The notes beneath the pieces were generated by a model. The model searched no databases and was not told where the DNA came from. It saw nothing but the letters and a program-made list of their open reading frames with translations. From Anaeramoeba ignava BMAN (taxonomy: Eukaryota; Protista; Anaeramoebae): a stretch of 64,000 nucleotides of DNA. This document shows, one piece after another, positions 1 through 12,800 of the stretch. The stretch covers positions 43,843 through 107,842 of the forward strand of contig JAPDFW010000146.1 of NCBI GenBank assembly GCA_028826165.1. The letters are read 5' to 3'. Each line of letters opens with the position of its first letter. Position 1 is the first letter of the stretch. Made by a program: the position numbers and the translations under genes.

Positions 1-348
1 ATAATTTTATAAATAATTTTATATTTAATTTAATAAATAATTTTATATTTAATTTTATATTTAATTTAATAAATAATTTTATAAATAATTTTATAAATAA
101 TTTTATAAATAATTTAATAAATAATTTTATATTTAATTTTATATTTAATTTTATATTTAATTTTATAAATAATTTTATATTTAATTTTATAAATAATTTT
201 ATAAATAATTTAATAAATAATTTTATAATTAATTTTATATATAATTTTATAAATAATTTTATAAATAATTTTATAAATAATTTTATATTTTATAAATAAT
301 TTTATATTTTATAAATAATATTATATTTAATTTTAAATTTCGACAAAC

Positions 349-2074
349 AGTTCTTCCTTTATCATCTTGTATTTCAGTATTTGCTTTATTATTTAAAAGT
401 AATTGAGTCATTTGCAAATCAGAATTCATAACTGAAAAATGAAGTGCACAACTTCCAGAATCTATTCTTGTATTAATTGAGGCTTTTTGTTGAAGAAGAA
501 ATTTAACAGTATTTAATTTTTTATTTTTTGTTGCTAAATGCAAACAAGTAAATCCATCATTATCTTGTACATCAATATTAGCTCCAGCTCGAAGCAAAAT
601 TGAACAACAATCATTGTATCCATAAAATGCTGCAAAATGTAATGAATTCCATCCATTTGCTCGTGTTTCTTTTACTGATACCCCATGTTCTATTAATAAT
701 GAAATTATATTCGGATTTCCATTTTTTGCTGCAATCATCATTGGTGTTTCATCAACATTAATTGACTATTTATTATTATATTTAATTTTATATTTAATTT
801 TATATTTAATTTTATATATTTAATTTTATATTTAATTTTATATTTAATTTTATATTTAATATTATATTTAATTTTATATTTAATTTTATATTTAATTTTA
901 TATTTAATTTTATATTTAATTTTATATTTAATTTTATATTTAATTTTATATTTAATTTTATATTTAATATTATATTTATATATTTTAATATTATTTTATT
1001 TTATATATTTATATTTAATTTTTATATATTTAATTTTATTTTAATTTTATATTTTTATATTTAATATTATATTTAATTTTATATTTAATATTATATTTAA
1101 TTTTATATTTAATATTATATATTTAATTTTATATTTAATTTTTATATTTTAATTTTATATTTAATTTTATATTTAATATTATATTTAATTTTATATTTAA
1201 TATTATATTTAATTTTATATTTAATTTTATATTTAATATTATATTTAATTTTATATTTAATTTTATATTTAATTATTATATTTAATTTTATATTTAATTT
1301 TATATTTAATATTATATTTAATATTATATTTAATTTTATATTTAATATTATATTTAATTTTATATTTAATTTTATATTTTATATTTAATTTTATATTTAA
1401 TATTATATTTAATTTTATATTTATTTTTATATTTAATATTATATTTAATATTATATTTAATTTTATATTTAATATTATATTTAATATTATATTTAATATT
1501 ATATTTAATTTTATATTTAATTTTATATTTAATTTTATATTTAATTTTATATTTAATATTTAAATTTAGTTGTAAATGTTTCGCAAAAAACAACCAAAGA
1601 AAAAAAAGAAGAAAATACTTTAATTTTAGCACCAAAATCAAGTAAAGTTTGCAAGCAATTATGGAAACCGAATCTACAGACATAATGAATAGGGGAAAGA
1701 CCAATATCATTTTCACAATCAGGATCAGCACCTTTTTGAAGCAATTGTTTGCACAATTCTGAAAGACCTCTTTGGGAAGCAATATGAAGAGGGGTCCAAC
1801 CCATTTCGTTTTTTGAATTAGTATTCATTCTGTAAGATAAAAGCACTTTTTGACAGTTGATATCGGGAAAATTACTTAAGCAACTGTAATGCAATGCTGT
1901 GTCGCCTGTTATGCTTTTTGTATGCAATAAATCCCGTTTTATTGCCGTTGATCTTAATGCGGCCGTTATGATTTCTGAATCGGATTTCATACTCGCTTCC
2001 CAAAGAATTGGATTGCTTATTTCACTCACAAATTGTTTGCTTCCTTTTGTTAAGGTTTTGTTTTTTTTCCACAT
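349..2074 (-). CDS. Ankyrin-repeat protein, 3' end runs off the window (exons 2074-1619 and 765-349, then another intron)
   Basis: Ankyrin motifs GDTALHYSC, GWTPLHIAS, GLSPIHYVC, ETPMMIAA, GWNSLHFAA, GFTCLHLA, GSCALHFS. A GT..AG intron at 1618-766 joins GAKIK|SINVDETP in frame; next donor GT at 348. Confidence 0.9.
770..1560. repeat. Intronic ~12-bp tandem repeat (TTATATTTAATT-like); a related repeat fills 1-330
   Basis: Directly visible periodic AT-only array inside the ankyrin gene introns. Confidence 0.9.
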
Positions 2075-2577
2075 TTTTGTTTTTTGTTTTTTTTTTGTTT
2101 TGTGATTTGATTGTAAAAAAAAAAAAAGAACTAAAAAAATGATTTTTTTTTTTTCGATCTTAAATTAAAAAAAATTTTTTCAAAAGATTTTATTTTTTTA
2201 TTTAATTTGATTTTTAATTTGATTTTTAAATTGATTTTTAATTTGATTTTTTTAAGAATTTTAGATTGAATTTTAAATTGAATTTTTAATTTGAATTTTG
2301 CCTTTTTTTTTGCTTTTAATTAAAAATTTTTTGTTTTAATTTGAATTTGGAATTTATTTTTAAAAAAGAAAAAAAAATTAAAAAATCGAATTTCTTTTTT
2401 GAATCAATCAAATTTTATTAACAAATCCAAAATAAAAAATTAGATTTGAAATTAGATTTGAATTTGAAATTAGATTTGAATTTGAATTTGAAATTGAATT
2501 TGAAATTAGATTTGAATTTGAATTTGAAATTAAAATTAGATTTGAAATTGAATTTGAAATTAGATTTGAATTTGAAA

Positions 2578-4856
2578 TCATTTTTTTTGAGTGACTTGAC
2601 CAAGTTCATCCAAAATTTCTTGTGGAACCAAAACCAAAGAAGAACTTGAGGATGATTTCAAAGCATTTGTTAAAGCTCTTAAATATTGAACTGTGATCAA
2701 ATAATCTGTTGCTTTAACATTCGATTGTTTAATTGCTTCTCTAATAGCAGTAACAGATCTTGCTTCAGCTTTAGAAATTAAAATTTTGGATTCTGCAAGA
2801 CCTTTTGCTTGTTGAATTTGTGAAGTTCTTGATCCTTCAGCAAGTAAAACAATCTATAAAAAATTTATAAATTAATTTTTTTTTTGTTCCACTTTTTTTT
2901 TTATAAAAAAAATTTGTTTCGTTTTTACTTTTGCTGCTGTTCCTCTTGAACGAATAATTTCACTTTCTCTTTCTCCATCTGCAAGTAAGATTGTTGCTCT
3001 TCTTTCTCTTTCTTCTCGAATTTGATATTCCATAGCTGACAGTATATCATTTGGTGGTGAAATATTAAATACTTCACATCGATGAATAATAATTCCCCAT
3101 CGATTTGCATCTCTTTCAATTTGTTGTTTTAATTCAATCTTTTCAAATTTTAATTTTAATTTTAATTTTGATTTTGATTTTGATTTTGATTTTGATTTTG
3201 ATTTTGATTTTGATTTTGAATTTGATTTTGATTTTGATTTTGATTTTGATTTTGATTTTGATTTTGATTTTGATTTTGATTTTGATTTTGATTTTGATTT
3301 TGATTTTGATTTTGATTTTGATTTTGATTTTGATTTTGATTTTGATTTTGAATTTTGAATTTTGGATTTTAATATTCATTTTGAATTTGATTTTAATATT
3401 AATTTTGATTTTGAATTTGATTTTTTTAATTTACATTAATTAATTCACGAGAAGAAAAAGATTCATCTAATGTTAAATGAGCCATAATATTCCTTAAACT
3501 TGTTTGAGTAAGTAATTCAATTGCATCTGGTAAATTTTGAATTGCATAAACTGCTAATTTTGGATCATTAATTTGATAATACTAATTTTGTTTTGAACAA
3601 AATAAAATTGATGAAATTTAAAATCATTTTAAAAAAGGAAATATTTGGATAAATAATAAAAAATAACTAAATTTACAACTAAGGCATCAATTTTAATTGA
3701 AACATTATCTCGACTAATAACAGGCTGACTTCCAAATACAATCACATCTAAATTTTGAATTTGAATTTGAATTTGATTTTGATTTTGATTTTGAATTTGA
3801 ATTTGAATTTGAATTTGATTTTGGTTTTGATTTTGATTTTGATTTTGATTTTTGAATTTGATTTTGATTTTGATTTTGAATTTGATTTTGATTTTGATTT
3901 TGATTTTGATTTAAATTTGAATTTTCATTTAAATTTTGATTTTGATTTTGAAATTTGATTTTGATTTTGATTTTGAATTTTGATTTTCATTTTCATTTTG
4001 ATTTTGATTTTGATTTTGATTTTGATTTTGATTTTGATTTTGATTTTGATTTTGATTTTGATTTTGATTTTGATTTTGATTTTGATTTTGATTTTGATTT
4101 TGATTTTGATTTTGATTTTGATTTTGATTTGATTTTGAATTTGATTTTTTTGATTTTGATTTTGATTTTGATTTTGATTTTGATTTTGATTTTGATTTTG
4201 ATTTTGATTTTGATTTTGATTTTGATTTTTGAATTTTAATTTTGATTTTGATTTTGATTTTGATTTTGATTTTGATTTTGATTTTGATTTTGATTTGATT
4301 TTGATTTTGATTTTGATTTTGATTTTGATTTTGATTTTGATTTTGATTTTGATTTTGATTTTGATTTTGATTTTGATTTTGATTTTGATTTTGAATTTGA
4401 TTTTGATTTTGATTTTGATTTTGATTTTGATTTTGATTTTGATTTTGATTTTGATTTTGATTTTGATTTTAATTTTGATTTTAATTTTGATTTTAATTTT
4501 GATTTTGATTTTGATTTTGATTTTGATTTTGATTTTGATTATTAAAATGATTCCAAAAAAACAAAACAAATACGTTCTCTCATATCAACTCTATCAGTTT
4601 GTTCACGAACAATAACAGAGTAATTATTAGAAGTAGTAGGATATCTCCAATGAATTTTTCTTGGAGAATCAATAAAAGGAACAAGAAGATGAGCACCAGG
4701 AAGTAAAGTTTTCTTATATTTTCCCCATCTTTCCAAAATCATAACTTCAGAATGTCTTACAACTCTACAACATTTTGCAACCATAATCCAAATCACCAGT
4801 AATACAATAAAAAGTGCTACATATCCTCCAACCCAAGCGCCTATTGGATCTGACAT
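2578..4856 (-). CDS. SPFH/band-7 (stomatin/QmcA-like) membrane protein, 5 exons (4856-4574, 3747-3677, 3581-3435, 3138-2929, 2853-2578)
   Basis: N-terminal TM helix, then ERWGKYKKTLLPGAHLLVPFID, QPVISRDNVSIKIDALVYYQINDP, LTQTSLRNIMAHLTLDESFSSRELIN, RWGIIIHRCEV, ERERRATILLADGERES. Four GT..AG introns reconstruct an open frame ending QKK-TGA. Confidence 0.92.
3141..4545. repeat. (GATTTT)n hexamer arrays filling two SPFH introns (about 3141-3420 and 3750-4545)
   Basis: Direct observation. Confidence 0.9.
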
Positions 4857-5118
4857 TTTAAATTATTGAATAATTAATAATAATAATAAAAAATAAAAAG
4901 AAAAATTTGAATAATTAAAAATAAAATTAAAAAATAAATTGAAAATCAAAAAAAAATGAATTTAAAAAATATTAATGAAAAAAATTTATTTTAATTTAAT
5001 CAGGCAAAAAGAACATTAAATGAACCTTTTTTATTTTATTTTATTTTTCTTCTTTTTATTTTTTCTTCTTTTTTTCATTTTTTTTTTCATTTTTTTCTTT
5101 GTTATTAAAATTTAAAAT

Positions 5119-6817
5119 ATGAGTTGGAAATATAAAAAAAAACATAAAAAAAGAAAATCTATTTTTGATAATAAAACTGATTTTTTAATTCTTGATTATG
5201 CTAAAAAATCTCGTAAAAATATTAACTCAATTAAACCAAAAAATAACCCCCAAAAAAGAAATTTCTGGAAAAATGCTTCAAAAATTCCTCAATTTAACAA
5301 TTTTACTGCTGAGACTTTATTTCAACGTTATCAACATTTAGTTAAATTCCAAAATCAAAATCAAAACCAATTTGAAAATCAAAATCAAAATCAAAACCAA
5401 TTTGAAAATCAAAATGAAAATCAAAACCAATTTGAAAATGAAAATGAAAATCAAAATAAATTTGAAAATGAATTTGAAAATGAAAATCAAAATAAATTTG
5501 AAAATGAATTTGAAAATGAAAATCAAAATAAATTTGAAAATGAAAATGAAAATGAAAATGAAAATGAAAACCAAAATCAATTTGAAAATCAAAATGAAAA
5601 TCAAAATCAATTTGAAAATGAAAATGAAAATCAAAATCAATTTGAAAATCAATTTGAAAATGAAAATCAATTTGAAAATCAATTTGAAAATGAAAATCAA
5701 TTTGAAAATCAAAATGAATTTGAAAATCAAAATCAATTTCAAAATCAAAATCAAATTGAAAATAAAAATAAAAATCAAAATAAAAATAAAAATGAATTTG
5801 AAAATCAAAATCAAAATCAAAATCAAAATCAATTTGAAAATGAAAATGAAAATGAAAACCAAAATCAAATTGAAAATAAATTTGAAAATCAAAATCAATT
5901 TGAAAATGAAAATCAAAATCAAAATCAAAATCAAAATCAAAATCAATTTGAAAATAAATTTGAAAATCAAAACCAATTTGAAAATCAAAATCAAAATCAA
6001 AATGAAAATCAAAATCAAAATAAAAATAAAAATCAAAATCAATTTGAAAATCAAAATCAAAATCAATTTGAAAATGAAAATCAAAATCAAAATCAAAATC
6101 AAAATCAAAATGAAAATGAAAATCAAAATGAAAATCAATTTGAAAATCAATTTGAAAATGAAAATGAAAATGAAAATCAATTTGAAAATAAAAATCAAAA
6201 TCAATTTGAAAATGAAAATGAAAATTATTTTATAAAACAATTTCAAAATCAATTTAAAAATCAAAATCAAAATCACTTTTCAGAACAAAATTTAGATCCT
6301 TTACAATTTTTAACAAAATTAAATCAAAATCAATTTCAAAAATCAAAATGAAAATCAAAATGAAAATCAAAATGAAAATAAACATTCAGTTAGTAAAATT
6401 TTAGATTCGATTCTTGATAGTGGATTAATTTCAAATTCAGAATATTTTCGAGAATGTTCAAAAAATGAGGAATATTCAGAAAATAAAACAAACACTTTAG
6501 ATTTATCAAACTCAGAAACAAAATCAGAGAATCGAACTCAAATATTAACATTTTTTTTAGATTTAGTTCGACTTTTAGGAATTCCTTCAGAAGTTGGAGT
6601 TTATTGTTTGTTTGTTACATCTTGTCAAATTGATTCTGCACTTAAATTACTTTTTAATCAAGCTGAACCAAAAGATATTTGGACAACAGCAGATGATATT
6701 TATCTTCATGCACATCCAGACAAACTTGATCAATTAATAGAATCTAAAGGAGAAAAGAATGTGAGAAATCGAATCCATTTTTTAAGTGAATTTAAGAAAA
6801 ATGAAAAAGAGAAATGA
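5119..6817 (+). CDS. RAP1/TERF2IP-like telomere protein: Rap1-type Myb domain, long N/Q/E/F linker, Rap1 C-terminal (RCT) domain; one frameshift near 6340
   Basis: N-terminal RKSIFDNKTDFLILDYAKK...NFWK...FTAETLFQRYQHLVK resembles the Rap1 Myb. C-terminal IWTTADDIYL...LIESKGEKNVRNRIHFL resembles the RCT. The frame from about 6342 is open into ORF 6608-6817. Confidence 0.7.
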
Positions 6818-6899
6818 AAAGAAAAAATTTATTTGCTTTTTATTGATTAAAAATTATTAATTAAAAAATATCGATTAAAAACTCCATTTTAAAAAAGTC

Positions 6900-9800
6900 T
6901 TATTTTTCCTTCCCTAATTCAATTGCCAAAATAGCCAATCTTCCATCAGATAAACCAGCAATTAAAAATTGTTCATTATTTGAAAAAGATAATGAAAAAA
7001 TTGAACTTTTCAAATTGATATTGGAAACAACAACAAGATCAAAAAAGTTCCAAATAAGAAGACTCCCATCAAGACATCCAGTAACAAGATAAGAAGCATC
7101 AGAAGTGAGCTGCCAATCCAAAACAGGGGAACTAACAGAAGCACTTTTCAAAAATTTCCCATTCAAACTAAAAATTCTTATTAAAAGATCACTTGAGTAA
7201 ATCATAAAAAGACCATCTGGAGAAATTTTGACCAAATAGATTTCAACGGGGGAATCAGAAACATAAACGGAGCGAACATAACGGCCACGACGAACGGTAT
7301 GAACAATGCAACTTCCGTCCTTTGAGCCGCTAATAACAAGATCAAGATCAAGACTGATCGCAAGACAAGTCACGACGTCATCATGGCCGTAAAGCACATG
7401 TTTGGGTGTTTGCGAAACGGAGCGTGATTTCATATCAAACGACCATATGATGACGGTGGTGTCTTTGGACCCAGTGGCAAGAATGTGGTCGGTTGAGTTA
7501 AATCCTAGAGCCAAACATGTCACAACGTCTTTGTGTCGAACAACGCTCTGAGTCACTCGAGCACTTTCAATGGTTGATAGCTTGAAGGAATCATCCCAGT
7601 ATCCACAGCTGAACAAACGTTGCGCACTTTGTGAGTATTCAAAGCAATTTGCAAAGCGAGTAAGATCATAAGCAAAAGTGACACCCATTGATTTTTGATT
7701 TTCTGATAAGGAATGATCCAATTCAAAACTAAAAGGATTTGACTGAACTTTGAGATCGTTGGGTGTCCAACGATATAATCCCAGAACACGCGCACGATCA
7801 AGAATGAGAACAGAGTCCGGGATGCCGAGATACGATAAATAACGTGAATGTTGAATAAATTTGACATGAATCAAAGAATTTTTTGCGATTGTAATAAAAT
7901 ATAATTTGAGTAACGGAAAATTTTTCTCTGCAAAATATATCGGGGGAAGATTGGCTTCCTCGCGAGTATTTCGACGGGGATGCGGCCGCCGAAGAAGTTG
8001 AGTTGGTGTTTGTCCGAAACTTTCGATTTGAGTTTCAATAGCGAGTCTTTCGCTTTCATCGTTAATTGCATCAATATTGACAGTTTTTTCATATGTAAGA
8101 TAATAGAATAAATTTCCTGCTCGGATTGCTTCTTCGCCTTGTTGTTTGTAACCGAAAATGAGGTCGATCCATTTGTGTAGATTTGAGGAAATGTATTCGC
8201 TTTCAAGTGCAAGTCGGTTGATGTGCACAAATTCTTCTGCACTTTTCGCCCATTTCGGTAGAATGCAATCATTTAGTTCTTGTTTGTCTTGCCGTTTTCC
8301 AAGCGCAAAGTTGTTCTGGTTTTCAAGAAATTCCGGGAAATAGAAAAATTCTGGGATTAGTTCTTTTACATCAGATGTGCTTGTCATACAATTTCTCCAT
8401 GTTTCTGGAAGTGAATGAAACATTCTATCTGCTCTATCGAATTTTCCATCGTTGAGTTTGATAAAAAGAGTTGTGAATGGTTCACATCTTACGAGATAGG
8501 AAACAACGATACCTTTTAAAAATATTATTAAATATTAATAAATATTAAATATTAAATATTAAATTAAATATTAAATATTAAATATTAATAAATATTAAAT
8601 ATTAAATAATAATAAATATTATTAAATATTAAATATTAAATATTAAATATTAAATATTATTAAATATTAAATATTAAATATTATTAAATATTAAATATTA
8701 AATATTAAATATTAAATATTATTAAATATTAAATAATAAATATTAAATAATAAATATTAAATATTAATTATTAAATAATAAATATTAATAAATATTAAAT
8801 AATAAATATTAAATATTAAATAATAAATATTAAATATTAATTATTAAAATAAATATTAACCAGCATTCGAATAATGTGACCCATAATAAAAAGGTGGAAC
8901 AATCTGATCAGGATCTACAAAAGTCTCATATCTCTTCTTAAAATAAAGAAATCTCTCAGGATTCAATGCACCAATAGGCTTCGACAAATCTCGATACACA
9001 GAAGGATTAGAAAGATCAATATTTGTTGATTCATAATCGGAAATAACCCACGGAAAAATAGGATATTGAGAAATATCATTATATGTTCTCCCAGCAATCG
9101 TGTTCAACAACATCAAATAATCAAAATTAGTAATAAGTCGCTTTTGCCATAAAAGAGATATATCCGATTTCTTAAACCACTCTTCAGCACTCCCTGTTGA
9201 AATATCGAAATTTTGCTTATTCGGGACTAAATTCAAAATTTTGGAATAAATTTTATCCCGATCTTTTTTGTCGAAATTCAGAAAGAAATTTGTTCTGTCT
9301 TTTAGAAATATCTCAATTCCAGACTGTCGGAGTTGATATCTGCGCTTATAAACGAAAAGAATATCCTTCAATTTCCAAGAATAGTCATTTCCAATGCTCA
9401 TTTTTTGCTGGATATTCAGATTTGATGTTGTTTCGTTAAATTCAGAATTCTGTTTCACAAAAAAATCAAGCGAAATATTAGTAATTTCAAGTATTCCTGA
9501 TATCTTTTTCAGCGGAGAAATCAACTCGCATTGCCGACTTTCGATAATAATCTTTTTTTCAAACAAATCATTCTCATTTTGTTCTTTATCCTGATTTTGA
9601 TCATAATCTTCATCCTTTGATTTCGGATGATTTTTGACTTGATCTTTCAGCAAGTAAGAAATCATCTGGATCTTGCGACATGCCAAGAGAAACACGAGAA
9701 AGTTTCTCTTTGGCGTCTTTTGAAAGATTTAAGTCTGTCGCTTGGTTCATTGTTTGCGCGAATTTGGGATTAATTTTGGGATCCAAAGAAGCATCTAAAT

Positions 9801-12800
9801 GGTTATCAAAATGGAAATTTGGTTTCAATTTGCGTCTACGACGACATGAGTCCTCTGTTTTATCAAGCTTCCATCTCATACTATTCTGCTCTTCTTTTGT
9901 GAGCGGATTTCCCCACACACCACGCTCATTCATCGACTCTCTGAGCATCCATCGCAATTTGCGGAATGCAAAACGAAGTTTTTTCTGGAATTCTTCAGAA
10001 AGTCTTGAAATTCCAAGGCTTTCCTGAGCTATCAAGTTCTTGAATTGCGTCAAAAGCTCTTTGTATCGCGCTCCAAATGATGATCTTCCATCGAGCGCTT
10101 CTTGGTTCATTTTCGATTTTATAACTGGGAGAGTCGAATCAAGTCGCGACTCTAAAAATTTGACTTGATTTTTCCAAAATTGCTCAACTCTTCCGTTACT
10201 AGGAAAAATTATATGTTCAATAGTAAAATCCCAACTTGGCTGACTGAAAACATCCCGTAAATAATGCGCTCCTGATACTTTAAATGGTGAATCCTTTGGT
10301 TTCAACGGCAGTATTTGTTTGCCAGATGAATCGCGGAAAATCAATTGGAAAAAATGATAAAATTGCTGAATCAAAGTTTTCAAAATACTCAATAAAATTG
10401 ACTCAATAGGATCAACTTGAAGTCGCATTTTTTTCGCCATTTCTTGCTTGAAAAGTGTCACTTTTTTGTTGCGACTTCCCACTTGATGTGGATTATTGAC
10501 TGTTTTTGTTGGTTGTTCTTTTGTTATACATTCAGAAAGTGTTTTAAAAAGAGACGAGAAAACTTGCAAAATTTCGTCTTGATGCCGCGTTAAAAATGGC
10601 ACATCTTGAGGAATCGCTTGTGTAAAAAATGTCTGAAATTTATCTGCAAATCCTTGTGATCCAAAAATTTCTGGCATTTGAACCACTATTGAACAAAGAT
10701 GAAATACTGAGTTAATACATCCTGGATATAATGATTTATCTTTGAATTTGTATTTTCCGTTTCGGTACAAATAGCTTGGAAATTATCAAAAAATCGAAAA
10801 CTTTATCAACAATATATCCATCTTCCCATACAGTTTTTGCTTTGGAAGTATAAATTCTCTTTCCGTATTGCAACTTGAGTTTTGTATCAATTGAATCAAA
10901 TTGAGATGTATAAACTGGGAAATTTTTTTCGTTTTTTGAATTTGAATTTAAATTTAAATTTAAATTTGAATTTAAATTGGAATCTGAATTGGAATTTAAT
11001 TTTGAATTTAATTTTAAAATTATATTTGGTTCAGAATTTGATTTTAAATTTAAATTTAAATTTAGATTCTGATTCTCATTTTCTGACTCATAAACTTCCT
11101 TCTTAATTTTGCGCAAATTTTTGTTTTCATCTGCACTTGATCTTTCCTTTTTTTCTTTCAACATTTTCACATGGAACAAAATGGAATTATGAACAATTCG
11201 AATAAAATCAAACATGTTTTCAAGCATTGGTTGTGGGAGAGTATCATGCAAATCCGGACTTGGAGATTTAGATTCAAAGAACTCTATAAGTATCACTAAA
11301 GAGTCGTAAATGATTCTTCGCGAAATAGCATGCTGATACTTGCGATCTTTATAGCTATAGACCTGAATTGTTGATAACAAATAAAAAAAATTGCGTGCAC
11401 CGCTTGGGTTGTATTGGAAATGATGCAAATTTACTACTCTCAAAATTTCCAACCCAATATCGGATATTTGCATTGTAATGGACTGCTCTTCTTGAATTTC
11501 ATTCAAAACATTTTCATTCGTTTTGTCTTCTTCATTAAGGAAGTAATTGTGAGAAAATATCTTCTCAAATTTTATGATAGATTCACAATCAATAAGCTCA
11601 ATTAAAAATCTTTCAATATTATTCACATTTACAAAAATGCAGCAATTAAAAAATTGGTTTTGAAGTAATTTAAACAAATTTTGCAGCGCAACAAGGATAA
11701 TTTTTGTTGGGTATTTCTTGCCAAATCTCAGCAAAGTTCTGATCACAGAAGGTCTTAACAATTTGACAATTGTTCCATCTTTTAAATCATCAATTTTTTC
11801 GTTATCCCATTTGCATTCGAATCCCGTAAGTATTTCAAAAAGAATGCATAATATCCGTTTTGTGCAGGAATATTGCAACAGAATAGTATCGATAGCGATG
11901 TATCGATTCTCACTATCGAACCATGTTTTGAATTTTTTGATTGGTGTTGTATTTGATAAATGCCACATATCGAGTGTGCATAAAATTTGTAAAGAATTCT
12001 CTCTGACTTCTGCATTTTCGCAATCTAAAAGCACAACAAATGGGTCCATAAAGCCGCATTGCAACCAGATATCCATGTAGTGATCAGGAAACAATTTCGG
12101 CATTTTGCGGAATACTTTATCAAGCATAGCAAGTAAATCAGCAATGTTTTCTTTGTGCTTAGCCAATGAGCATTCCGCAATAATACATTTGATTGAATGA
12201 GGAGATGAATCCTGCTCAATCAATTGAGAAATAAGTTCCATGATGTTTTTCCGAAGAGCCAAAATTTGTTGTTGATTTGGTCTTTTCCCAATCACAACTC
12301 CTGTTGCAAAATCATGTTTTTGTTCTTTTTTTTGTTGTTCGCCAATAGATTCTGTTTCAGGAATAATATAGTAAAAAGTCCTTGCAATATATAACACATC
12401 TTCAATCGAAATTATACTTGAAGGAGGTGCTTGTTCTTTTACAAATTCTTTTAAGATTGTGAAAAATTCTTTCTGAATTTCAAAATCATGTGTAAATCCA
12501 AATTGAAAATCGAAGAAGAAAATGAGAAATCATCCCAGAAAGAAATTCTTCGTTACTAATGCTATTTAAGATTCTAGATATCACTTTCATAATATCAGAT
12601 GTAATATAACCTGGGTTAAGTAAGTTAAATATTTGTCCAAGAAGAGAGAATCCTGATGATCTAATTATATCTTCTTGAATTGTGAAATTTTCAATTACAA
12701 GATCAGCAATTAAGTCAAATATTTTAAAGCATATTATTTGTGGAGAAGTTTCATTTTGATTTTCATTTTCATTTAAATTTTGATTTTGATTTTGATTTTG

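Noticed and set aside
7553-12219. Overlapping alternate-frame and antisense ORFs within the BEACH gene
   Set aside because: They are by-products of locally higher GC in long exons and have no recognisable motifs.
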